From positions 1 to 64,000 of IMG/VR virus record IMGVR_UViG_3300031519_006853: 64,000 nt of DNA. One strand, given 5' to 3'. The position numbers and the translations under genes are program-made. The stretch comes from a virus. The notes beneath the pieces are model-generated. The model did no database searches and had not been told where the DNA came from. It worked only from the letters and a program-made list of their open reading frames with translations. Positions 20,011-28,348 of the stretch are shown piece by piece (the first letter of the stretch is position 1; each line of letters opens with the position of its first letter).

Positions 20011-21939
20011 ATGTACGCAAATCAATTAATCAATGAGGCTGAGGTTCAAAAGACTTGGGGACCTGTTATTGAGGAAAGTACTGGAATTACTGAAAAATCT
20101 AAGTTATCTTGGATGTCTAAGTATTGCCATTACCATAACCTTAATGAGAGTGTTTACAATACTGTACACCTTAACCCGAACATGAATGTTCAAAGTATGG
20201 GCAACGCAACATTACCAGGAAACCCTGGATCAATGAATGCTTTCCCAGCACAAGCAACTGGATCTGGTGACAGACCTTTTTCTTTGTTACCACTTGCAAT
20301 GCAAGTAGCAGCTCAGACTGTAGGTTTAGACTTAGTACCTGTTGTACCAATGCAAGGCCCTATGGGAGTATTAACTTACCTAGACTTTGTATACGGTGGA
20401 GGTAGAGATAATGGAGCACCTGCTTCATCTACTGCTGCTGGAGCTGTAGGACCTGGCGCTGGCGCTGGTGCACCTGACGTAATCGGATCTCCATTACTAA
20501 TCAAAGTTTCTGCTATACCTACTGTAGGTGTAACTGCAACTGCTGATGGTTTTGCTGTGAATGATGTAATCTATGCTGCATCTGCTGCTGCTTTAGCTGC
20601 TAATGCTGCTGGATCTTACGAATTAACTTACGTAGGAAGATCAAGAATAGACGGTTTACAAATCTTTAGAGTAAGAGCCTATAACGGTGCTCTTTTAGCT
20701 ACAGGTTTTCCTGGACTATTTAATAACTATACCCAAGGTGGTGAAAACGCTGGAGAAGCAATTTATTCTGCAATCTCTAATGGTATTAACTTCTATGCTA
20801 ACTCTGCTGTTGCTGGAACTTCACCGTTCTTAGTATTAGCTGCTGGTGCATCTCCTGTTGTTGGAGCTGCTGGACTTTTAGCTGCTGGTGCATTCGGTGC
20901 AACTGCTAACTTAAGTTACGTATCTGCTTTAGAAGATCACATTAGTGGTTTCTCTGGTAATGCATTCCAACCTGCTAATAACCCAGGACCTGCTGTTGGT
21001 GGACCACAATTCACTAATCAGTCTGTTAATGGTACTGATCCTTATTTAAGAGGTGTAGGTGAATCTACTGTTGATAACATAATGGGATTAACTTTATTCA
21101 ATAAGTCTATTGCCGCTGATACTTTCCAAGTAGCTGCTGCTGTAACTAGAGAACAAGTTCAAGATCTGAAGCAATTCGGAATTGATGCTGTCGCTCAAGT
21201 TGAGGCTGTATTGGTAAATGAGTTAACTCAATCTATCAACAGATATATCTTAGATAGAATCTTCAGAAATGGTGTAACTAATGCTGTTAATGCTGCTGCC
21301 GTAAATGGTACCAACTTATCAACTACGTTTAACCAAACTGGATTAGCTCCTGCTGTAGCAACTATCGGCCTAGGTCCTGACAATGTTGGAACCGGTGGTG
21401 GTGGTGGTGCAATTCAAACTGTACCTGCTCCTGCATTAGGAATTAATATATCAGGTGGTGGAAACACTCCAGGTACATTACAACGTAGAATCTATACTAA
21501 AATTCTTGCTGCAAGTAACTTAATTGCTACTAGAGGAAGAAGAGGACCTGCAACGTTTGCAGTAACAGGTGGAGAAATGGCAACTGCTCTTCAATCTGTA
21601 GCTGGTTTCGTAGCATACCCGTTATCTAATACAGTTAACCAAGCTGGTGGATCTTTATATCCAATCGGTGCAATTGCTGGGGTAACAGTTTATGTAGATC
21701 CTAACAGAGCTTTTAATGACTATACAATTTGTGTAGGAAGAAAAGGTGATGGTAATTCTCCTGGACTAGTATTTATGCCTTACTTAATGGCTGAATCAGT
21801 AGAAACAATCGCAGAAGGAACTATGGCTCCTAAAATCGCGGTTAAATCTAGATTCGCTTTAGTAGACGCTGGATTCAATCCTGAATTAATGTATTACACA
21901 ATGAACTTCGTATTAGAAGGTGGAATTTCTATTATCTAA
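20011..21939 (+). CDS. gp23: Major capsid protein (gp23) with large Ala/Gly-rich insertions
   Basis: VPVVPMQGPMG, TREQVQDLK, NELTQSINR, RRGPATF, IGAIAGVTVYVDP, PYLMAE, PKIAVKSRFAL. Confidence 0.95.
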   Translation: MYANQLINEAEVQKTWGPVIEESTGITEKSKLSWMSKYCHYHNLNESVYNTVHLNPNMNVQSMGNATLPGNPGSMNAFPAQATGSGDRPFSLLPLAMQVAAQTVGLDLVPVVPMQGPMGVLTYLDFVYGGGRDNGAPASSTAAGAVGPGAGAGAPDVIGSPLLIKVSAIPTVGVTATADGFAVNDVIYAASAAALAANAAGSYELTYVGRSRIDGLQIFRVRAYNGALLATGFPGLFNNYTQGGENAGEAIYSAISNGINFYANSAVAGTSPFLVLAAGASPVVGAAGLLAAGAFGATANLSYVSALEDHISGFSGNAFQPANNPGPAVGGPQFTNQSVNGTDPYLRGVGESTVDNIMGLTLFNKSIAADTFQVAAAVTREQVQDLKQFGIDAVAQVEAVLVNELTQSINRYILDRIFRNGVTNAVNAAAVNGTNLSTTFNQTGLAPAVATIGLGPDNVGTGGGGGAIQTVPAPALGINISGGGNTPGTLQRRIYTKILAASNLIATRGRRGPATFAVTGGEMATALQSVAGFVAYPLSNTVNQAGGSLYPIGAIAGVTVYVDPNRAFNDYTICVGRKGDGNSPGLVFMPYLMAESVETIAEGTMAPKIAVKSRFALVDAGFNPELMYYTMNFVLEGGISII

Positions 21940-21966
21940 TAGATCCCATTGTAATATTTTATATAG

Positions 21967-21993
21967 AAAGCCACTCTTCGGAGTGGCTTTTTT
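21967..21993 (+). terminator. Rho-independent terminator after the MCP gene
   Basis: aaagccactc-TTCG-gagtggcttt plus T tract; C(UUCG)G tetraloop. Confidence 0.93.
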
Positions 21994-22040
21994 GTTCTTA
22001 TAGCTCAAATATATAAAACAATTAAAAACAATAATAGATC

Positions 22041-23111
22041 ATGGCAAAATTAAAAACATATTCTGAATTTTTAAATGAAGGAATAATGGATGTACTAAAA
22101 AGTCCTATTAAATACGTAAAGATTAGGAATAATGCTAAAAAGCTAGTGAAAGCTAAAGTAGCAGTTGCTCTTAATGATGTTAATTTTGAGAAAAAGAAAC
22201 AAAAATCAACAATAAAGGATCCAGATAAGAATGCTGTATTAACAAAAGCTAATGCTGCAAAGAATGATGCTCTTAAAGATACTGCTAAAGGTGTGAGTGA
22301 TAGAATGGATGATTTAGCTACATCACCTATATTAAAAAAGGTTTCATCTCTTGCAAAAACAAAGGCTGCTGTTGCCGCTAATAAAACTATACTTAAGTCT
22401 GCAACTGGTGAAGAAGCTAAACAATTAAAAGTAAGACAAACAGAGTTAAATAAAAAGGCAACTAAATTAGCTGGTGGTATAAAAGATTTTGAATCTACTG
22501 CTGCGAAAAAAGAAGAGACTAAGCCTGCTCCTACTACAACAGAAAAACCTGCTAAAACAGGAAAAGATGGAACAGAAGATAAAGAAAAAGCTAAGATTGC
22601 TAAAGACGCAGTGTTAGATGAAATCGGTAAAGCTAAAATTGCATATGATGCTGTAAAGGACGGTGATGATGAAACGGCTAAATTACAAGCAGAGATTAAA
22701 TTTAAATTAGCACAGCAGAAAAAAGCTAAGCTTGAAGGTAACGATGAAGTATTTAAAGGACTAGCTGATGATATTACTGAACTCAAGAAAAAGACACCGA
22801 AAGATGATCCATCTGCAAAATTAGAAGCTGATATTAAATCTTTTAATGATAATATAGAAGCTGAGAGAACTACAATGAATAAAGCTACCAAAGAGTTAGA
22901 ACAGGCTCAAAGAGATCTAAAAACTGGTAGAGGTTCTGAGGAAAAAGTTCAAAAGTTACAAAAGGCAATTGAAGATAGTAAAGAAGACATTGCTGAGCTT
23001 AAGAAAAAGGAAGCTGAAGCTAAAAAGAAATTAACTGCATTACCAGAATCTTTTGAATATGTAGCAGAATCTGTATCTGATAAATTTGCAAGATTAAGAT
23101 CAAACCTGTAA
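22041..23111 (+). CDS. Lys/Ala-rich coiled-coil protein, putative internal head protein
   Basis: N-terminus KTYSEFLNE resembles the T4 capsid-targeting sequence MKTYQEFIAE; late motif upstream; follows the MCP gene. Confidence 0.65.
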   Translation: MAKLKTYSEFLNEGIMDVLKSPIKYVKIRNNAKKLVKAKVAVALNDVNFEKKKQKSTIKDPDKNAVLTKANAAKNDALKDTAKGVSDRMDDLATSPILKKVSSLAKTKAAVAANKTILKSATGEEAKQLKVRQTELNKKATKLAGGIKDFESTAAKKEETKPAPTTTEKPAKTGKDGTEDKEKAKIAKDAVLDEIGKAKIAYDAVKDGDDETAKLQAEIKFKLAQQKKAKLEGNDEVFKGLADDITELKKKTPKDDPSAKLEADIKSFNDNIEAERTTMNKATKELEQAQRDLKTGRGSEEKVQKLQKAIEDSKEDIAELKKKEAEAKKKLTALPESFEYVAESVSDKFARLRSNL

Positions 23112-23125
23112 AAATAATTATTAAT

Positions 23126-23191
23126 ATGAAATGCGATTGTAAAGAATGTAACTGTGGGACAACTTGTGAACACACATGTTGTAACTGTTAA
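23126..23191 (+). CDS. Metallothionein-like 21-aa peptide MKCDCKECNCGTTCEHTCCNC
   Basis: Manual translation: ATG at 23126, TAA 23189-23191; 8 Cys + 1 His; A/T-rich leader; fills the gap between neighbouring genes. Confidence 0.65.
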   Translation: MKCDCKECNCGTTCEHTCCNC

Positions 23192-23202
23192 ATTAAAACT
23201 CT

Positions 23203-23694
23203 ATGTATAAAGTTCGTAAAATAAACTTTGGATGGTATAAAAGGCGGTATGGTATTCTTCTAGAAAACCTGCCGCCTTTGAAGCAAAAATTGCTTCTAAA
23301 CAACCGTCATATGAAATGGTTAGATTCTGATACCCAAGCCTTTGAAGTTATATTTAAAGTAGAGGATATGAATGGTCATGAAAAGAATGTTAATAAGGCT
23401 ATATGGAATCCTTTTAGAGAAACCTTTACTACTCTTAAAGAATTAGAAAAAGATGCAGATCTTATTGCATGGAATTGTGGAATATGCAAAGTTCCTATTA
23501 AATCTAGAATGGATTCTAAGAAAGTAGAAAATTTTGTTTGTAGTAAATGTTCTAAAGCCCACAACTCACGGAACGGAAGTGTAGATGGTAGAATTATAGA
23601 TACATCTGTTAGGTTTACTAAACACTGTAAACACCTCCTTAAAAAGGAACAGAGGGAGTTTATGACCTATGCTAAAAGATCATCTAAAGCTTAA
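23203..23694 (+). CDS. Hypothetical zinc-ribbon protein
   Basis: CGIC...CSKC pairs. Confidence 0.6.
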   Translation: MYKVRKINFGWYKRRYGILLENLPPLKQKLLLNNRHMKWLDSDTQAFEVIFKVEDMNGHEKNVNKAIWNPFRETFTTLKELEKDADLIAWNCGICKVPIKSRMDSKKVENFVCSKCSKAHNSRNGSVDGRIIDTSVRFTKHCKHLLKKEQREFMTYAKRSSKA

Positions 23695-24477
23695 TGCCTG
23701 TTCTATTGTAATTTTAGGAAATACCTTTAACCTACTATGAGGTGATGCATTGTATATTTCTATACCTTTATTTTTTATTTCTGAATTTAATTGCTTAAAC
23801 CCTGGTAAAAACTTTTCAGTGTAAATTTTGTCACCTGCCCCTCTGGTTGGATAGCCATCATGAAAATGCGTTTCTTTGCCATCATTAGCCATATCAAACC
23901 CTAATAGGATAATTCGACTTGCGCCTAAATGATATGCTAAATTAATTGCAGCATAACCACTATTAAATCCATGGGCTAATCTTTGCGGATCTTCTTCCAA
24001 ACCATAAGGCTTCCCTTTTACTAATATTTTAATATCATTAGTATATTGACTCCCTGGTTTTAAGGCAAACTTTAAACCTTTATAATTATCTACTTCATTT
24101 TTATACCAAGTATAAAACCTACCATCAGTCCAATAAACAACATCAGCATCCCAGTGATAAATTATTGATTTATTAATTGCAATAGTTTTGCGACCTATTA
24201 ATTGTCTAAAATTAAAATTTCTTAATGAAGGCCCTCCTCCAATAATATAAATAGTTTCACCAGGAAATAATTTAGGTACAGTAGAATATTTTACAGAAGT
24301 TTGTTCAGGTATTGCTGAATTCCTTAATTGCATATTCTTAGAAACATTTGCTCTAATTGCTTGATTATTAGTAGTTCTTACAATTGTTCTAGTGCTACTC
24401 CTTCTTTGTATGTTAGTTTTGTGTTCGACTGCCTGCGGTTCTTGTATAACCTTTCTAATAGTTCTTCTTCTTTGCAC
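23680..24477 (-). CDS. DUF115/Maf-like (GT42 sialyltransferase-fold) putative glycosyltransferase
   Basis: IIGGGPSL, TIAINK, HGFNSGYAAINLAYHLGASRIILLGFD, THFH; probable GTG start at 24477 (track ORF starts 24579). Confidence 0.75.
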   Translation of the reverse strand: MQRRRTIRKVIQEPQAVEHKTNIQRRSSTRTIVRTTNNQAIRANVSKNMQLRNSAIPEQTSVKYSTVPKLFPGETIYIIGGGPSLRNFNFRQLIGRKTIAINKSIIYHWDADVVYWTDGRFYTWYKNEVDNYKGLKFALKPGSQYTNDIKILVKGKPYGLEEDPQRLAHGFNSGYAAINLAYHLGASRIILLGFDMANDGKETHFHDGYPTRGAGDKIYTEKFLPGFKQLNSEIKNKGIEIYNASPHSRLKVFPKITIEQALSFR

Positions 24478-24559
24478 AATTAACCTTATTTTAATATTTA
24501 TTCCATGTGTAAACAATCTTATTTTTTTACATATAAAAATAAACAAATTCAATAAATTC

Positions 24560-25522
24560 ATGCGGAACATACAAAACATTTTGCTTACGGAGAAATATCG
24601 ACCAAAAGCATTAGAAGATTTAATAACGCCTAAAAGAGTAGGCGAGAAATTAAGTAAAGGGGTTTATCAACATTTATTATTACACGGTAGCCCAGGTACT
24701 GGAAAAACCTCAGCTGCTAAAGTATTAGTTAAACATTTTAAGCACCCTTATCTTTATATTAATGCTTCTACTGATACATCAGTTGATATTGTAAGAAATA
24801 GAATAACAGACTTCTGTGCTAATCGTTCTATAATGGATGAACCAGGAAAATTAAAAGTAATTATACTTGATGAGATTGATGGTGTATCTGACCAATTCTT
24901 TAAAGCATTAAGAGCTACAATGGATCAGTTTGCAACTAATGCAAGATTTGTAGCAACCTGTAATTATATTAATAAAGTACCAGATCCAATTCAATCTAGA
25001 TTTGAAATGATTGATTTTGATTTTTCTAAAGAAGAAGAAACTGAAATAATGAAAAGTTACATTATGAGGATTCTTAAAATATGTAAAGAAGAAGGTATTG
25101 ATATTGATAAGCATGCTGCTGTTGAATTAGTAAAAAGAAAATTTCCAGATTTAAGGAATATGCTAAATCAGTTACAAGGTTTTCAATCTCAAGGAAAGGA
25201 TAAAATAACTGTTGATGATATAAAGCAATTTAGTTCAGTATATAAAGATATCTATGATCTTGTTATAGATGGAGAAGATCCTGTAAAAAATTATCAATAT
25301 ATGCTATCTAATTATGCAAATAGATCTGATGATGTTCTTTCTTCTTTAGGAGCTGAGTTTGTTGAATTTATACAACAAGAAAGGGAATCATATATTCAAT
25401 TTATTCCACAAGTTATTATAACAGTAGCAAAATATCAATCACAAAGACAACAAGTAATCGATCCTGCAGTATCAATGCTTGCTTGTATTTATGAACTGCA
25501 ATCAATATTAAACGGAGTATGA
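24560..25522 (+). CDS. gp44: Clamp loader AAA+ subunit (gp44/RFC-like)
   Basis: TEKYRP, GSPGTGKT, INAS, LDEID, SRF, FPDLR; ATG at 24560 follows a promoter motif. Confidence 0.93.
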   Translation: MRNIQNILLTEKYRPKALEDLITPKRVGEKLSKGVYQHLLLHGSPGTGKTSAAKVLVKHFKHPYLYINASTDTSVDIVRNRITDFCANRSIMDEPGKLKVIILDEIDGVSDQFFKALRATMDQFATNARFVATCNYINKVPDPIQSRFEMIDFDFSKEEETEIMKSYIMRILKICKEEGIDIDKHAAVELVKRKFPDLRNMLNQLQGFQSQGKDKITVDDIKQFSSVYKDIYDLVIDGEDPVKNYQYMLSNYANRSDDVLSSLGAEFVEFIQQERESYIQFIPQVIITVAKYQSQRQQVIDPAVSMLACIYELQSILNGV

Positions 25523-25674
25523 GAGCACAATTCTTAGAAAAATTAATTAAAAAGTACCCTAATCATTATCAATTAGGAGCAGCAGTTAGTAGGTATTACC
25601 ATCTTAGACAAGAAAAACTAACTAAAGAAGAATGCGAAGAAAAAACATTAAAAACTACTTTCAGTAATAACTAA
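25519..25674 (+). CDS. Small hypothetical protein (51 aa, MRAQFLEKLIKKYPNHYQLG...)
   Basis: Manual translation; ATGA overlap with the clamp loader stop. Confidence 0.5.
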   Translation: MRAQFLEKLIKKYPNHYQLGAAVSRYYHLRQEKLTKEECEEKTLKTTFSNN

Positions 25675-25705
25675 AATTTGTTATTATTATATTAAATACA
25701 ATAAT

Positions 25706-26941
25706 ATGAGAAAAACAGGAAGGCATACATTCGTAATAGACGGTAATTATTTTCTTTTTAGAACTCTTTATGTTTTACCAAGAAAATCTAAAAAATCAGA
25801 AATGCTAGGTACTGATGAAGATGCTATTGTCTTTATGAGAAAGCTTGCAACAGATTTTGCATATCAGATTAGATTATTCGAAGGACTAATAGATAAAGTA
25901 GTATGGACTATAGATTCAAGATCATGGAGAAAAGATTTTTACCCAGATGCAGAATATAAAGGTAATCGTAAACAAGATACATCAATAAACTGGGCAAACT
26001 TTTCTAAAGTAACAGAAGAATTTACTCAATTACTAATTAAACAAGGTGTTATTTACTCTAAAGTAAACGGAGCAGAAGGAGATGATTTAATGTATGCATG
26101 GAATACAGAATCTCTAGCTAATGACAAATCTGTTATTATGTTTACTGGTGATAAGGATTTGGTTCAATTAGTTAATAAGAGCCCTAACAATAATACACAT
26201 ACAATATTATTTTCACCAGCTCATAAAAAATTATATACATATCAAGGATTTTCTGAATGGCTCACATCCGAAGAAACAGAAACTTCAACTGATTTATTCG
26301 ATGTACTTAAAACATCATCATCACCAGAATCACAATCCAAAAAATTACTTTCGTCTATTATTTCTAAAAAGAAAGTTTCTGTTATAGAAGTAGACCCTGA
26401 GGATTTCCGTTTCAGAAAGGTTTTAACAGGTGATTCTGGTGATAACGTACCTCCTGCATATTGGTACATATCAGCACCTAAGAATGGTTCATCTAGAAGG
26501 TACGGTATTAGCGAAGCCAAAGCAGGTGCAATCATTCAAGAATTTAAAGATAAACACGGATCATTATCCCATATGTATCTTTATGACAACGGTTATATTA
26601 CAGATTTAGCTAATATACTTATTAGACATATGAAAGCTAAGCATATGAGTAGAGAGCAAATTATAGCAAATCTAAAATCAAATGTTAATCTAATGGTTCT
26701 TAGTTCTCATACTATCCCAGAAGGTATACTAGATGAAATGTTTAAATCTGTAGAATCTCATATAAACATAAATGAATTATCATTACCTAATGTTTCTACA
26801 ATGAAAAAATTAGTTGCAGGAACTAAATATGATGGTGATGATAACTCTGCTTTTAAAGCAACATTCTTTAAAGGCGATAGCGATGATTCTAATGATATGT
26901 CATTTATAACAAATAAAACAACAAAGGGTAAAATTTTCTAA
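25706..26941 (+). CDS. rnh: 5'-3' exonuclease / T4 RNase H-like flap nuclease
   Basis: VIDGNY, EGDD, TGDKDLVQL, LTGDSGDNVP. Confidence 0.9.
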   Translation: MRKTGRHTFVIDGNYFLFRTLYVLPRKSKKSEMLGTDEDAIVFMRKLATDFAYQIRLFEGLIDKVVWTIDSRSWRKDFYPDAEYKGNRKQDTSINWANFSKVTEEFTQLLIKQGVIYSKVNGAEGDDLMYAWNTESLANDKSVIMFTGDKDLVQLVNKSPNNNTHTILFSPAHKKLYTYQGFSEWLTSEETETSTDLFDVLKTSSSPESQSKKLLSSIISKKKVSVIEVDPEDFRFRKVLTGDSGDNVPPAYWYISAPKNGSSRRYGISEAKAGAIIQEFKDKHGSLSHMYLYDNGYITDLANILIRHMKAKHMSREQIIANLKSNVNLMVLSSHTIPEGILDEMFKSVESHININELSLPNVSTMKKLVAGTKYDGDDNSAFKATFFKGDSDDSNDMSFITNKTTKGKIF

Positions 26942-26988
26942 TAATAGAAAACAAACCTATTCACAAGTCATATAAATAATAAAAGGTA

Positions 26989-27399
26989 ATGAAATTATTT
27001 GATTACATAAAGGTCTTGTTTGGTCGAGATCAACAATGGGAAAAATTAAAAGGATACGATAAATCTAAGAATTCATTTATGACTAATAGATTTATGAGTA
27101 TTAAATTTCCTATACAAGCAAATATGTTTAATGCACTGAAGATTGATCCAGTAGGACAAGCGGAAGCATGGAGAATGGTTGCATCAAAATTTAATAGAGT
27201 ACCTGGTTTTATTTATACTAAAACCAAAGCCTCTAAAAAAATAAAAAAATGGGATCCTAATCCTGCGGCTTTAGAAATGTATCTAAAGATTAATGAAATA
27301 GGTGAACGTGATTTTAAAGAAGCAATGAAGCACCAGCCATCTGAAATTAAAAATGCAATAAACGTATTAGAAAAACAGATGAGCAATGATGTTAATTGA
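26989..27399 (+). CDS. Putative clamp loader small subunit (gp62-like)
   Basis: Size and FMTNRFMS...ANMFN pattern resemble gp62 family; middle-class promoter. Confidence 0.45.
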   Translation: MKLFDYIKVLFGRDQQWEKLKGYDKSKNSFMTNRFMSIKFPIQANMFNALKIDPVGQAEAWRMVASKFNRVPGFIYTKTKASKKIKKWDPNPAALEMYLKINEIGERDFKEAMKHQPSEIKNAINVLEKQMSNDVN

Positions 27400-28054
27400 T
27401 AACCACTTTGAATTAGAAATACCTACGCATATTGCGTTTACTTTATATAAAAATGATTATGTTGATGGTCTTATTATATCTAAAGTAAAAAAAGAATGCC
27501 GAAATGAATCTAATAAAGATGCAGAATTTATAGTATCTTTGGATCAATTTCAAAAGGCAATACAAACTTCTACATTTTTAAAGGCCGAATTAAAGAAAAC
27601 ATTAGATCAAGATTTATTACCTAATCCTAATTTTAAACCTAATTCTATTTTCTTTTTACAATCTATTATTAATAGGTTGCCTAATCTTTCTAAAATAACA
27701 TTTAAGATATCTAATGAAAAGGTATTCTCAAGATTAATAAAAGTAGACGGCGGTAGAGAAATCGTAAGTTTTCATTTTAATATTATTGAAGGCACTTTTG
27801 ATTTGACTCAGATTTTATCACGCGAACAGTTGGATACTTTTAATAAGAGATTTATGGATGTTGGGATAATGAAAAATAAATACTTAGAAAGGTCATCCTA
27901 TTTTTATATAAAGGCTACAACTTTATTTGATATACTTTCCGAAATGGATGAAGCTCAAGTTTTTGATGCGTTTGACATTATAACATCGGTTGATCCTAAA
28001 ATAGAAGAAGATGATCCGGTACTCTTAGTTAAGACTGACTATACACCGTATTAG
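27386..28054 (+). CDS. Hypothetical protein
   Basis: Intact 222-aa ORF overlapping the previous gene. Confidence 0.6.
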   Translation: MMLIDNHFELEIPTHIAFTLYKNDYVDGLIISKVKKECRNESNKDAEFIVSLDQFQKAIQTSTFLKAELKKTLDQDLLPNPNFKPNSIFFLQSIINRLPNLSKITFKISNEKVFSRLIKVDGGREIVSFHFNIIEGTFDLTQILSREQLDTFNKRFMDVGIMKNKYLERSSYFYIKATTLFDILSEMDEAQVFDAFDIITSVDPKIEEDDPVLLVKTDYTPY

Positions 28055-28080
28055 AACATGAATATATAAACAAAATATGT

Positions 28081-28347
28081 TTGTATATGAAAAAGATAAT
28101 TAATTGGATAAGCGGTCTTTTACGAGATGAAAAAGGTACACCGTCTTCAAAAAGATTTATTGGTATCACTGCAGGTTTATCTTTATGTGGAGCATTGTTT
28201 ATTAATCTTTATACTGAGCACCCAGTCGAACCAACTCTTGTAAATGCTGTTGCAGCAATATGTATTGGTGGTTTAGGGTTAGCTTCTGCTGATAAAATAT
28301 GGGCAAAGAAAGCAGAAAAGAAGCAAGATCAACAAATAAATTCATAA
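28081..28347 (+). CDS. Small two-TM membrane protein, holin-like
   Basis: SSKRF then two hydrophobic helices and a charged C-terminus; late motif upstream. Confidence 0.55.
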   Translation: MYMKKIINWISGLLRDEKGTPSSKRFIGITAGLSLCGALFINLYTEHPVEPTLVNAVAAICIGGLGLASADKIWAKKAEKKQDQQINS

Positions 28348-28348
28348 A

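Noticed and set aside
22022-22891. 289-aa minus-strand ORF
   Set aside because: Antisense shadow of the Lys/Ala-rich + strand gene; no promoter or recognisable motifs
24392-24559. Hydrophobic N-terminal extension of the clamp loader
   Set aside because: Overlaps the minus-strand gene; the promoter motif at 24511-24536 and RFC-like start support ATG 24560
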